DNA of 64,000 nt from Octopus sinensis (GCF_006345805.1 NC_043007.1:69502001-69566000); one strand, 5' to 3'. Counted from the stretch's first letter, positions 1-13,790 are shown. Notes: a model not told the origin generated them from the letters alone. Translations and numbers: made by a program.

Positions 1-240
1 GTGGTTAGTGCGGCGGACTCGCGATCAAGGGTTCGAATCTCAGACCGGGTGATGTGTTTGTTTATGAGCGAAACACCTAAGCTCCATGCGGCTCCGGCAG
101 AAGGTAATGGCGAACTTCTGCTGACTCTTTCTCCACAACATTCTCTCACTCTTTCCTCACCTGCGACGGACCGGCGTCCCGTCCAGGTAGGGAACCTATA
201 CGCCAAGGAAACCGGGAAACCGGCCCTTATGAGCCTCGAA
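1..240 (+). mobile_element. tRNA-derived SINE (family B variant), 5' end cut by window edge
   Basis: tRNA-like head (gtggttag...ggttcgaatctc = A/B box-like). Body aaacacctaagctcca..gctccggcag is shared with the copies at 625 and 14830. Confidence 0.75.
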
Positions 241-583
241 GTCGACGGCTTCAATAGTCCCTACTGGATGAAATCGCTGAATGATGATTTCCAAAGTTAT
301 ATGTAGGTTACTCGTGTCTTACTAACTACTTCAAAACGGTACATCGTAGTAGGGTGGGGAACTATTTTCATTTTCATACTCTCCGTATTTCAAAGCATAT
401 AATACTGCAATTTTCACGGAAAACGGGGTAGGATGAAACACTCGGAAATCTTCCCCAACCTCAGTGGTGGTGATGGGAGGAGGGTATTGCATGCCTTAGT
501 TACCTAGTCACCCTTCATCGCAGAAAATATCTACATATACATATATATATACATATATGTGTGTGTGTGTGTGTGTATGTATG

Positions 584-624
<41 letters not shown>

Positions 625-625
<1 letters not shown>

Positions 626-905
626 GAGACGCAATGGCCCAGTGGTTAGGGCAGCGGACTCGCGGTTGTAGTATCGCGGTTTCGATCCCCAGATCGGGCG
701 TTGTGAGTGTTTATTGAGCGGAAACACCTAAAGCTCCACGAGGCTCCGGCAGGGGGTGGTGGTGATCCCTGCTGTACTCTTTCGCCACAACTTTCTCTCA
801 CTCTTTCTTCTGTTGGCCTGCTCGCTTAGCCAGCAGGGTGGCGTCATCTGAAGGCTAAAACAATGCGAAGCGCATTGTGACCAGCGATGTGTAGCAACAT
901 CTGAT
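625..905 (+). mobile_element. tRNA-derived SINE (family B)
   Basis: Head ggagacgcaatggcccagtggttagggcagcggactcgcgg...ggtttcgatccc. Homologous copy at about 14830-15012. Confidence 0.85.
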
Positions 906-1049
906 ATCAAAACCAAATAAGACATTATTTGATAAAGAGTTTAGATGATGTAACTGAGGTCAATGTTTCCCCGAAATCTGTTTTCTCAAACATTTCGAGA
1001 AATCAGGACACTGAGGCTTAAATTTGAATTGCTGTCTTTTTAAATACAT

Positions 1050-1172
1050 ACATACATAGAGATTTTGTTTGTTTGTTTGTTTGTTTGTTTGTTTGTTTGT
1101 ATGTATGTATGTATGTATGTATGTATGTATCTTTTCAACACCCTTTCGTATGTGAGTATGTGTGTGCGTGTA

Positions 1173-1207
<35 letters not shown>

Positions 1208-1243
1208 TTCTATCTATCTATCTATCTATCTATCTAGCTATCT

Positions 1244-1320
<77 letters not shown>
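1050..1320. repeat. Compound microsatellite (TTTG/GTAT/TCTA/CT/TA)
   Basis: Directly visible; source of spurious ORFs. Confidence 0.95.
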
Positions 1321-1321
<1 letters not shown>

Positions 1322-1795
1322 GCTAGCGATTAGTGATAAACGCAAACACAAAGACGCACACACACATAACATATATAGCCAAGAAAATAAACTTTCTTAT
1401 CTTTCCTTTTAAAAGGTTACAGAATTAACACAGGTTATAGGAACATAAACCTTCTTCCACGAAAAGATAGCTTAAACTATGTTCTAAATGGAGGTGTAGT
1501 CAAATCCTATTTTATGGTCTCAACCATGTTCTAAGATAAGTCAAAAGATAATCTACAATAAATCGGCACGAGCTTTCCGGACAACCCAATATATACATTT
1601 ATGTATGCATATGCATATATGCCTTTTTGTGTGTGCGAGTGTGTTTGTTTTAATGCATAGTTTTTCTACAAAAAAAAAAACATTTATTGAAGGAGTATCA
1701 AATTTCTGTAGAGTATCAAATTTATTTCTCAAGGACAACAACTGCGAAGTCACTGCATTCGCTTTCCTTGGCTATATATGTTATGTGTGTGTGCG

Positions 1796-1960
<165 letters not shown>

Positions 1961-1984
1961 TACACGCACACACATACTCACATA

Positions 1985-2380
1985 CGAGAGGGTGTTGAAA
2001 AGGTTTCTGGCTTTAAAGTAATGCATTAGCACACACAGCATATGAAACTCTACGGAAAATACGCGACATTCGTTTCAACTTGGTGGACAACCTATCTTAC
2101 TTACTGCCATGATTTAGCCCCCTTCGACTTTTACCTCTTTCCACAACTGAAGAAACATCTTAAGGGAAAGAAATTTCACTCCGATTCAGAAGTGATCACT
2201 GCTATAGAGGCCCGACCTTCTGAGTTCTTTTTACAGGGCTAAGAAAAACTGAAGGACCGTTGCAATAAGCGTGTGAATTGAGAGGGGAATGTGCAGATTC
2301 AAATCATAATTAACTGACCCTCCCCCTGTATTTTTTATTTACTCAAAGCCAGGAACTTTTCTGCACCACCCCCACCCTCG
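1985..2380 (+). mobile_element. Internally deleted mariner element
   Basis: Imperfect TIRs (cgagagggtgttgaaaaggtttctggcttt / aaagccaggaacttttctgcaccacccccaccctcg) with TA on both sides. Internal ORF 2042-2242 has the mariner C-terminus HDLAPFDFYLFPQLKKHLKGKKF. Confidence 0.85.
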
Positions 2381-2469
2381 TACTAACGAGCGATAGGAGA
2401 AGTGAGAAGGAAATCTGAGTAAGAATTGTTATGTCCAACAATGAATTCAACAAACATGAACAATACTCA

Positions 2470-2765
2470 CCAAAGGCACGAAGCGTGAGCCGAAAAAGAA
2501 GCTGGTGAAAATCTTAGTATGGAGTCCAGAAACATGGACCTTCAAGAAGGCCGACACTAGGAGATTGGAGGTAATTCTGGAGGTAAATGGAAAAGATATG
2601 CTGGGCGGATCATGTCAGCAATGAAGCGGTGCTTAAGAGAGTTGAAGCGATGTTTGATGGGTACTATCTGAGAAGGAAAGCAAAATGGATAGGATATATT
2701 ACGAGGTCACAGGGGCTTCTGTGTACAGTGATGGATGGAAGAATACAGGGGAGAAGTGCGATAAT
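2470..2765 (+). mobile_element. RTE-clade LINE 3' remnant
   Basis: ETWTFKKADTRRLE...WADHVSNEAVLKRV...RRKAKWIGYITR...DGRIQG matches the RTE ORF C-terminus. Confidence 0.75.
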
Positions 2766-2882
2766 GATATTGGGCAGAGGTAGTCATATCATTCAAAGAA
2801 GAGAAAATAAGCTTTTAGAGATAAATGCTTATCTCTAAACGCTTAATTTTATTTTATTCTTCATTTTGTTTCACACTTTCTG

Positions 2883-3111
2883 TTTCTTTATTACCCACAA
2901 GGGGCTAAACACAGAGGGGACAAACAAGGACAGACAAACGGATTAAGTTGATTACATCGACGCCAGTGCGTAACTGGTACTTAATTTATCGACCCCGAAA
3001 GGATGAAAAGCAAAGTCGACCTCGGCGGAATTTGAACTCAGAACGTAACGGCAGACGAAATACGGCTACGCATTTCGCCCAGCGTGCTAACGGTTCTGCC
3101 AGCTCGCCGCC
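2883..3111 (-). mobile_element. SINE family A (ggcggcgagctggcagaa...ttctgagttcaaattccgccgaggtcgac), full length
   Basis: Reverse complement of the copies at 5879, 30200, 30810 and 31650. Confidence 0.9.
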
Positions 3112-3661
3112 ATATTTGTTTCACACTTTCTTCCCTATAGTCTGACCATGAGATAGAATTGTAATTTATAATCGATCTGACCCCAATTTTTTGTATCTTT
3201 ATTTATGTCGTTTGAATTTTATTATAATTTTTCTCTATCATTTTATCTATGGTTTCAGTTTTATCTGTAAACTGCTGGAAATAGCACACTCCTTTGGGTA
3301 TGCATTCTCATACTGAGTGAAATAACGGTAGGATCTAATGAAGGACTTGTTTAAACAGTCACCGCAATACGCGCATCTTGCAGTTTAGCTGGATGATAGT
3401 AAATACACATGTTAATAACACCTCACCAATGTACAACGAGGGTAAAAATATGTCAAAATAATTGTAGAGATTTTGAATAAAGAATGTCATTCAATCCATT
3501 TTCTATCATTTATCTCTTTATATAAACTCTACGAATACAATATAATTTCTGATTTATATCCAGTGGCAGGAGCATTTCCATTGTATGATGATATCAGGTA
3601 GCCAATAACTCTGGACGATCTTTGCATAGCACACTATAAAGTTTTTTTACCTCAATCTTAA

Positions 3662-3699
<38 letters not shown>

Positions 3700-3715
<16 letters not shown>

Positions 3716-5139
3716 ATATATATATATATATATAGGGCTAAAAAACCACGTGTATATTTTAGCCCTAAATATACACATGTATTGAAATTCTCTCTGATTT
3801 TTCAGATTTTTTATATGCTAGGCTACTGGTTTTAAATTGATATTAATTAAATTAATATTCAATTTATCTCCCTCATTATTTAAACGTTTGTGTGTTTGTG
3901 TGTCTGTTTTTGTCCCCCACCCTCAACATCGCTTGACAACCGATGATGGTGTGTTTACGTCCCCGTAACTTAGCAGTTCGGTAAAAAGAGACCGATAGAA
4001 TAAGCACTAGGTTTACAAAGAATAAGTCCTGGGGTCGATTTCCTCGACTAAAGGCGGTGCTCCAGCATGGCCGCAGTCAAATGAGGAAATCGACCCCAGG
4101 ATTTATTCTTCGTAAGCCTAGTACTTATTCTATCGGTCTCTTTTTGCCGAACTGCTAAGTTACGGGGACGTAAACACACCATCATCGGTTGTCAAGCGAT
4201 GTTGGGGTGGGGGACAAAAACAGACACACAAACACACACACATATATATACATATATACGACGGGCTTCTTTCACCTCCGTTTACCAAATCCACTCATAA
4301 GGCTTTGGTCGGCCCGAGGCTACAGTAGAAGACACTTGCCCAAGGTGGGACTGAAGCCAGAACCATGTGGTTGGTAAACAAGCTACTTACCACACAGCTA
4401 CTCCTGCGCCTATATACATATATATATATATATTATATATATATATATATAATATATATATATATAGGGCTAAAAAACCACGTGTATATTTTAGCCCTAA
4501 ATATACACATGTATTGAAATTCTCTCTGATTTTTCAGATTTTTTATATGCTAGGCTACTGGTTTTAAATTGATATTAATTAAATTAATATTCAATTTATC
4601 TCCCTCATTATTTAAACGTTTGTGTGTTTGTGTGTCTGTTTTTGTCCCCCACCCTCAACATCGCTTGACAACCGATGATGGTGTGTTTACGTCCCCGTAA
4701 CTTAGCAGTTCGGTAAAAAGAGACCGATAGAATAAGCACTAGGTTTACAAAGAATAAGTCCTGGGGTCGATTTCCTCGACTAAAGGCGGTGCTCCAGCAT
4801 GGCCCCAGTCAAATGAGGAAATCGACCCCAGGACTTATTCTTCGTAAGCCTAGTACTTATTCTATCGGTCTCTTTTTGCCGAACTGCTAAGTTATGGGGA
4901 CGTAAACACACCATCATCGGTTGTCAAGCGATGTTGGGGTGGGGGACAAAAACAGACACACACATATATATACATATATACGACGGGCTTCTTTCACCTC
5001 CGTTTACCAAATCCACTCATAAGGCTTTGGTCGGTCCGAGGCTACAGTAGAAGACACTTGCCCAAGGTGGGACTGAAGCCAGAACCATGTGGTTGGTAAA
5101 CAAGCTACTTACCACACAGCTACTCCTGCGCCTATATAC

Positions 5140-5170
<31 letters not shown>
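3700..5170. repeat. Tandem duplication, about 732-bp period, containing inverted CORE-SINE arms
   Basis: gggctaaaaaaccacgtg at 3735 and 4467. Units are near-identical and bounded by (TA)n. Confidence 0.9.
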
Positions 5171-5213
<43 letters not shown>

Positions 5214-5499
5214 GGCGAGAGAGAGAGAGAGAGAGGGGAGAGAGATACATACATACATACATACATACATACATACATACATACATACATACATTAAGAT
5301 TGAGGTAAAAATTTTATAATATGCTATGCAAAGCTCGTCCGCAGCTATTGGCTACCTGGCATCAACATACAGTGGAAACGCTCCTACTGCTGGATATAAA
5401 CCAGGAATTCCATTGTATTTGTAGAGTTTATATAAAAAGATGAATGATAGAAAATGAATTAAATGACATTCTCTATTTACAATCACTATAATTTTATCA

Positions 5500-6300
5500 T
5501 TTACTTTTGCTAGTTTCAGTCATTAAACTGCGGCCATGCTGGGGCGACGCCTTGAAGAATTTTTAGTTGAAATAAATCGACCCCAGTACTTTTTCTGTGT
5601 TCTTTGTTAAGCCTTGTACTCATTCCATCGGTCTCTTTTGCCGAACCTCTAAGTTATGGGGCCGTAAACATCGGGTGGCAAGCAATGGTAGGAGACAAAC
5701 ACGTACACAAAGACACACAATTTCCGTGGGACTGAACTCGGAACCATGTGGTTGAGAAGCAAGCTTCTTGCCTCACAGCCACGCCAACGCCTGTGTGTGA
5801 AGGTGTAACAAAACTTTTATAAGTCAAATAAATTCCCTATACAAGTCTCATCTTCACCAGAATTAGAATCAGAATTAAGGCGGCGATCTGGCAGAAACGT
5901 TAGCGCGCCGGGCGAAATTCTTTGCGGTATTTCGTCTGCCGCTATACGTTCTGAGTTCAAATTCCGCCGAGGTCGAATTTGCCTTTCATCCTTTCGGGGT
6001 CGATAAATTAAGTACCAGTTACGCACTGGGGTCGATGTAATCGACTTAATCCGTTCGTCTGTCCTTGTTTATCCCCTCTATGTTTCGCCCCTTGTGGGTA
6101 GTAGAGAAATAGAAATAGGTATTTTGTTTACCGCTATACGTTCCGAGTTCAAATTCCGCCGAGGTCGACTTTGCCTTTCATCCTTTCGGTATCGATTAAA
6201 TAAGTACCAGTTACGCACTGGGATCGATATAATCGACTTAATCCGTTTGTCTGTCCTTGTTTGTCCCCTCTCTGTGTAGCCCCTTCTGGGCAGTAATGGA
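5500..6300. mobile_element. Cluster of SINE fragments (CORE family on -, family A on + at about 5879-6110 and 6130-6300)
   Basis: Homology to other copies in the window. Confidence 0.8.
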
Positions 6301-9300
6301 ATAAGAATTAGAATCTCGATAATTACACAGTATCAGTATTTGGCATAATATATACAAGAATACTTCCAGAATCTAAGAACTCTTCAAATGAAATTGAAAG
6401 ACAGTTTAACCCTCTAAGAACTACAATTTCTAGGAAAGACAAGGTCAAAATCACGACAAGATAACATAAAAACGGTTCACAGTGAACAAAACACACATAC
6501 ATATATGTGTGTGCACATATGTATATGCGTGTGCGTGTATGCGTGTATGCGTGTTTGCTTGTGCATACTTTACAAAAACACCTACACATACATGCACATA
6601 TATGTATATATATGTGTGTGTGCGTTCGTGCGTGCGTGCGTGTTGATTTGTGTGTGAAATTGTGATGTGATGGTGTGTCTGTATGATTGTGTGTTTGTGT
6701 GTGAGTGTTTGCGTGAGTGTGGGCAGTGTGTGTTTCTTATAAATGACATTATTGTTTCAGATAACAAACTTAACAAGCTTTAAGACGCCACTATCACGAA
6801 CTATGATATAATTAAGCGAAATTATATTTATAAATGGCCAATTGTGTTAGTTTCCTCGAAATACTGATGAGAATGAGCATCATGATCCAAATATAGTTTC
6901 TACACCCACTCAAATTCTACATCAACATAAACTGCATGCAATCGTTACTCAGACAATGAAGAAATATGTGTGTTCCTCAGAAGGGGCGGAAGTCGATTTA
7001 AACGATTTTAAAACGTTATTACTAATTACTTCTATCGCCCCTGGGAATATGAAATGCAAAGTTGGTGCCCACGGGATTTGAAATCGGAATGCATGTGGTA
7101 AAATCTTGTCTAACGGTCAACAGATTCTGCCAGTCCTCTTTCTTAGCAGCTATTATAGGCACAAAGCCAAATATTTTATCAAGAGAGGAATACTCGATTG
7201 TATCAAACCAGTACATTACAAGTACTCGACTTTAACGATCCTGGAGGGTTTTCACTTCAGAACGTAAGGTGTAAGGCGAAACAACACCAGGCATTTTCCC
7301 ACGTTTTTGTTCCAAACCATATAATAATGGCACAAGGCCAGTAAATTTGAGGAGAGGGTTCAGAAGGTACCATCAATCCCAGAATTTGATAGGTACTTTA
7401 TTTTATCGAACCTCAGCGGAATGAAAAGCAAAGCTAATCTCGACAGGATTTGAACTCAGAATCTAAAGTGCTGGAGCGAATGTCACATAGCATTACTTTC
7501 CGATGCACTAATGATTCTGCCAGCATAAGTATTCAAGAGTCCTGACAGATCCATAATCACCGTAATCAGTGAGGGCACGCACCCTCTTCTAACTTAGAAT
7601 AGTTCCATTCAGCTTAACCATTTTCGTCACAATCACTCATCTCTTTGACAAATTCACTAGAGTCGAGCACTTCTCTCTCTAACCTCACTTTCTTTTCCAG
7701 GTGAAGCTTAAAAGGTTAATTCGGCAAGTATCTCTCTTTAAGATTTTCCTTTTCGACTTCGTTCAATATACGACCTCTTTCGCCATGTCCACTACGTAAA
7801 GGAAAAACTGCCTGCTCGGCTTTTTCAGAAATGCTGAAGCGAAGTTCACAATGAACCCGATCGATTGCAGGGTCTCTGCCGACGGATGGTGGAAGGGCAG
7901 TTACAAACACAAACGCAAAGTATAAGGTTTTGCATAGAATATCCAATGAGTAAAAAGGGAGCAACACAGATAATAAATAATAAATAATAATGACGAGGCA
8001 GTCCTCCAAATACTGATGGACAAATACTAATCCTCCTAATACTAATCTAGGGCCAGTCAAAGAATCCCACTGACTCAAAATCACCTTGAACACCCAGGGT
8101 AAGTACTCCCGCCGACTATCGTTCTCTGAACTACAAATGTAAACTAAGAGAGGTTCCATTCAATCTTATCATTTTTACCACTCTTGCACACCTTTCACTG
8201 AATTCAATCAGGGACAGTACCTCTCTTTCTACCTCACCTTTCTTTACAAGCAAAACATTAAAAAGTCGATGAGGATTCGACTAAAGAGGATGAAGTCTTT
8301 TCTTAGACCTTTCAATCTCGTCCACCACGAAACTCCCTTCACTATAGCCACGAGATAGAAACTGCTTTCTTTACCCAGTTGAAGATGGGTAGTGGGGTAA
8401 CCAACGATATGGATTCGGGTGATAGCCGGATCCGTTCGATTCGAGTCAGCTATTGGTTGTTAGTTGCAAAGGGTTCGGAATAAGGTAATAAAACAATGTA
8501 CATTAAACACGAAGCATATAAATATGTTGGGGTTAGACAGAGGGGAATGGCGAACTGTATTACTCAGATAGAGTAGGGAGAAAATTAAAATTTATAAAAA
8601 CGTACAAGCAATTACACGAATAGAAAAAACACTGGATCGAATCAGATCACCCCACCGTCTCTGTCCGCCCACCGTTTCTTGTTTTATAGTTTTATCCGCC
8701 CACAGGTATCCGTTAAACACTTTCTACGTGGGTTGATCAAGGAAGTAATCCGTATCCTTAAGAAACACTTCTTTTAATATATCATAATAAAATCTAATGT
8801 TTACACTGGATTCTATTTATAGCATGTTTCTTATATTCTGCCTCCCAATTCTTGTTCGCTCAAGTAACGCCAGCAGAAACATGAATTTATCATTGTTTCA
8901 ATCAGGCACTGGCTACTCTTGTGGGAGGACTTGAATTTCATTTTATCTTCCTTTTCATCTTTGCTATCGTAATAGTTCTGAGCGAGGGGTTTACTGTATT
9001 ATTATTTTCAGGATAATACTCTTCCTCGCCTTTTTAAAAAATATTATCTCTTGCTGTTCATCTCTCTTTCTTATATCTTTTTTTCCTTTTGCATCAACCT
9101 CCCCCACCACCACCACCGCCGCCGCCGTCATCGTTTTGGGAACTTTCCTCAGCTGCCATTATTTCTTCCTCACCACATGACCACAGAATCGTGGTGCTAG
9201 TTGCTGTAGTCAGGGTACAGGATGCCTGGTCCCTTATTTCCAGGATCGGACTCACGGAGATCATATTCACCATTTCCAGACCTTTTATTGATACTCAGAT

Positions 9301-10063
9301 ACTCGATATTGCTTTACACTCTCCTCCGTTCTTGTAATTTTTCCAGATTTTCAGGGCAAAAGCTTTCAACTGATTTTACTACCAAGCCTTTTCTCCAGCA
9401 CTATTATCTTCATGTCATTTGTCTCAATGCGTTCAACTAGGCAAAGCTCTGGTGTCGCCTTGTGGCGTTTGGCCTGTCATTAAGACTTGCAAATTCACCC
9501 TGACACTCCCGATGATATGATGCCTCTCGTTACCTCGCTACTAACTAGCCATCCATGTTATGATACAAGGGTAATAAACAATCACAAGTCCACATCTTTT
9601 CCAATGTCTCTGACGGCCATCCTTGTATATTTCTCACCCAGAAACTGAAGAATTGGTGTATGGATGGCGATGTGACTATTTCAGCCTGTATTTTGGTTGA
9701 GTCATCGGTTCTAAATGTACAACAGACAGTACTTTAAGCCTAACACGCCCCAGTCGATAAAATTTCTCCCGATATTTCTTGGAGTGCTTCTTTCATTTAA
9801 TGACAGCAAGGGTGGCATAAATCCCTGTCAGCCATTGTAAAGCACAAATATTTTTCTCTTTGTCCCCTCTTGAAATAGACACTAGATGAATGAGACACTG
9901 TCTCGTTTCGCAAAATTCTCCCAGTCAGTTCGTTTTTCTGAGAACTTTGTTAAATCTAACAACTATATCTGTGTAATGATACAGTGCTTTAACCCTGCTA
10001 CGGTATTCAAAGTCTGACATTTTTTGTCCTTGTACAACTACTGTTGATATTGTTGTCCTTCTT

Positions 10064-10158
<95 letters not shown>

Positions 10159-10159
10159 C

Positions 10160-10975
10160 ATTTATTGTCTTTGCACAGCTTCTAACGCTGGAGATGTACT
10201 AAGGTGCCAGCTGTTCACTACCAGTAACACTCCTTATTTTTCGAGCACCACCCGAAGTATTCGAGCGGTTCCAAGCAGTGCTCTTTTCTGCAAGTGCTCC
10301 ACCCTTATTGCAACCCCTATTTGTTCCATGTACTTCTCAAAATATTTACTCACTGTTCGCAGGGATCCTACAATTATTGGTACTACCTTCATCAGCGACC
10401 ACAACTGCTTAACCTCCCAAACTAACCTGTCATATCTATCGACTTTTCTTTCTTCCTCATCGCATACCTTGTTCTCAGCTGGGCTTGCTATATCTATTCT
10501 GTATTTGATGTAATTCGTTCATATTGCTTGCTGTTGAGCAGCACAGTTTAGAGACTCCGTTTCCGGTTTTAAATTACTTTTAGTCATCCATAGCCATCTT
10601 TTTCTCTGTCTGTCTTATCTTCAACATCCCTATGAAATTGTCCATGCATTCTTTTCTTTATCCACTTATTTTTAATTTCATTCATTCTCAAGTGCTTGTA
10701 CAGTACTTTATCTTTGCAATCTTCCATCCTACACAAGCCTGACTTTCTTACTTCCAATAATAGTGGAATTTTTTGCATACCATACTATGTTGGTTTCTTC
10801 TGCTCAAATGCTGTGTTCGCATCCAATAAGTCCTCTTCCCCCACATTTTCTTGGCACATACAGTCTGTCTGTGTCACTTTTTGGGTGGAATATCGCATAT
10901 CTAGTCAGCAACTTCCTTGTCTTTCTATCTAAGCTGTTACGTTCGTCTACTATCACTCATATGAGGTAGGTAGTG
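10160..10975 (-). mobile_element. R4/Dong-like RLE non-LTR retrotransposon, 5'-truncated, with (TAA)n at its 3' end
   Basis: Minus-strand translation gives ...WGRGLIGCE..., WIKKRMHGQFHRD and VVPIIVGSL...LQKRALLGTARILRVVLEK* (stop at 10234-36). (TTA)n tract at about 10092-10158. Confidence 0.8.
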
Positions 10976-10999
10976 ATCATTATTATTATCATTATTATC

Positions 11000-11430
11000 A
11001 CTGAGTGAGAGAACAGTGCATGCAATCAAAGTGACACTGGGGTAAAATATACGAAGCCCGGCACATGTATCACAACCACATGCGCACGACCTGGTGATCT
11101 CATATTAAGCTAAACAGTGCATGACCTTGCAGGTGGAGCCCAGTTAGAATTTTCTTCAGGTTGAGTAACCCATCCCGCTCAAAATGTCCCTGAATATGGG
11201 TTGTTTGAGGATGTTGAACGTACCACCTATGTTTCCAAGAGTGAATTATCCAAGCCCCCAAAGAATTCCTCTCGGCATATGGCTATGATGCTCCCCCTCA
11301 CTACTACTGCTCTTGATCAGAGATGCACATATCGTCAGCCATTAAGGGACATGCTCAACTAGTTATGGTCAAACAACTGACTAGTAAATATCTGGTATTG
11401 AGCATAATATCTGTTGTAGCCAATCTTTTA
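11000..11430 (-). mobile_element. Interspersed SINE-like repeat
   Basis: Shares the cccaaagaat..ctc...atatggct...cagagatgcacatat block with 44270-44460. Confidence 0.6.
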
Positions 11431-11569
11431 CAACAAGATAAAACAATGTACATGATAACATATCCAGTCAGTTACGATCAGAAGCCATGAGAGCCAGTTT
11501 AGTACTGCATCATCATTATTATTATTACTATTATTTTTTATTATCATCATCATCATCTTCATCATCATC

Positions 11570-11622
<53 letters not shown>

Positions 11623-11659
11623 CATTATTATTATTATTAGTGATGTTGTTATTATTAGC

Positions 11660-13790
11660 TTCAAGATTTATTCGCTGAAAATGATTCTCGAATCAGACCT
11701 CTCATAGAAAGTATACACAAGACATTGATCTCAAACAAAAACTTACCATCACTCAGATCCTTATATATCTCCTCTAAGAAAACTACTCAGGAAAAACTGC
11801 GTGAGACGAAAAGCGCATGGTGGACAAAACATCTCAAGAATTGGAACAGGCTATTAACTCTCACAACCTGAAAGCATTGTATGACAATGTGAAATGTGTA
11901 TTTAGTCCAAAAAAAGGTTGGTACGGGACCAATTCTTTCTAACGACGGGTTAAAGCTAAGATGAAATTTGAGAAGATAGGCTGAACATTTTAAATTTGTA
12001 TTAAATCAAGAATTCACTACCGATCCTGAAGAAATGAATGAAATCCTTCAGAAGCCTAAAATTGAGGACATTGCGGAAGATTCTTCCTTGAAAGAGATAA
12101 GTACTGCTATTACAAAACTTTCCAATAGTAAAGCTCCTGGACAAGATGATATTCCCATAGAAGAGTACAAGCATAGCGGCAAACAACTTGTAAGAAAACT
12201 CCGCAAATTAATCTGTTTCATCAGGGAAACTGGATCTCTTCCCCCCAACAGTTCAAACACGTATCTACAACGCACTTGTACAAAAGCAAGGGGAAGAAGA
12301 GTGTATGTGATAATCACAGGGTAAAAAGTTAATTGTGCATAACTGGAAAAATTCTTGCGAGGGTGATCCTTAACTGCATTAATATATATGTAGTAAACAG
12401 CATATATACCACATCCCAGTGTGGATTTCTGGCTGGGAGAGGCATAGTTGACGTAATTTCTGCTCTTCGGCAAGCTTAAGGAAAAGAACGTGCGCAAAAT
12501 ACAAACTTTTACACGATTTTTGCCGACTTGACTAAGGCCTTTGATACCGTGAAGCGTGAGACGCTCTAGAAAATTTTGTCAAAAGATGGTCTTCGTAATA
12601 AAATGATAAGGGTAATAGTATCTCTGTACAATGAAATGATGGCAACAGCGATATCTAGCAGTCAATATTCGGGGACATTTTCTGTTACCACTGGAACCAA
12701 ACACGGGTGTGTTTTAGCTCCTGTACGTTTTTCCATGTTCTTTCCAATGATGCTCTAACATGCTGTGAGGGGATACCATGAAGCTGTAAAATTCCTGTTT
12801 TGCATAGAAGGGGGTCCACTAAACCTAAGAGGGCAAAGTTTCAGGTCAAAGAAAAAAAAAACAAGAAAGAGATTCTACGAGGCTTTCTGTTTGCTGGTGA
12901 TTGCGCTTGATTTCTCATACATCATCATCATCATCATCATCGTTTAGCGTCCGCTTTCCATGCTGGCATGGGTTGGACGGTGCAACCGGGGTCTGGGAAG
13001 CCAGAAGGCTGCATCAGGCCCAGTCTACGGCTGGATGCCCTTCCTAACGCCAACCACTCCATGAGTGTAGTGGGTGCTTTATACGTGCCACAGGCACAGG
13101 TGCCAGACGAGGCTGGCAAAACGGCCACGATCGGATGGTGCTTTTTACGTGCCACCGGCACGGAGGCCAGGCGAGGCTGGCAACGGCCACGATCGGATGG
13201 TGCTTTTTACGTGCCACCGGCACATACGTTTGAAGAAATTCGGGAAACAGTCAACAGGTCATTTAAATATCTTGGAAATACAGTAAACGTTAGGAGTACT
13301 CTTGATGACAAAATCAATGTTAGAATATCTAAGCTAAAGATGCTTTTGAAAAACTTTGCCATCGTTTGTGGGATCAACAGGATGTCAATTTGAAAACTAA
13401 ATTAAGTTTATACAATTCTTGTATGGGGCAGAAGCAGAAGCTGCCAACCACAGCATATAAAGAAACTTGAAACGTTTCATATGCGCTTTCTTCATAATAG
13501 CTGCAACATAAAATAGCAAGATAAGTTAACAAATGTCAAAATCTTAGAAAAATGTGATATCTCCAGTATTAAAATCGCGCAGCTGAGAATTCAGTTCAAA
13601 TGGGTAGGACATGTTATTCGAATGAAAGATGACCTCATTCCGAAAATTCTTCTCTATGGCCAATAAGTAAGACGTATGCCGAGGTAAAGAAAGACCCGTC
13701 CTTAGATGTGAGGATAATTTGAAGCAATCACTAAAGTCTCTACAGCTCACTTTAACATCTTGAGAAAGTTATTTCTTAGCTCGATCTGCA
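11660..13790 (+). mobile_element. Decayed RTE (BovB-like) LINE ORF2, interrupted by a repeat at about 12918-13225
   Basis: AITKLSNSKAPGQDDIP, YTIFADLTKAFDTVKRE, GTKHGCVLAP, FKYLGNTV and WVGHVIRMKD motifs with multiple stops and frameshifts. Confidence 0.85.

Noticed and set aside
625-700. tRNA gene candidates at SINE heads
   Set aside because: They continue into SINE bodies present in many copies; no complete cloverleaf.
7716-8159. 147-aa minus-strand ORF
   Set aside because: No recognisable domain; likely a chance ORF.
9925-10030. RVKALYHY resembling the SH3 start motif ALYDY
   Set aside because: The frame stops after about 15 codons, there is no convincing splice donor, and no other SH3 motifs follow.
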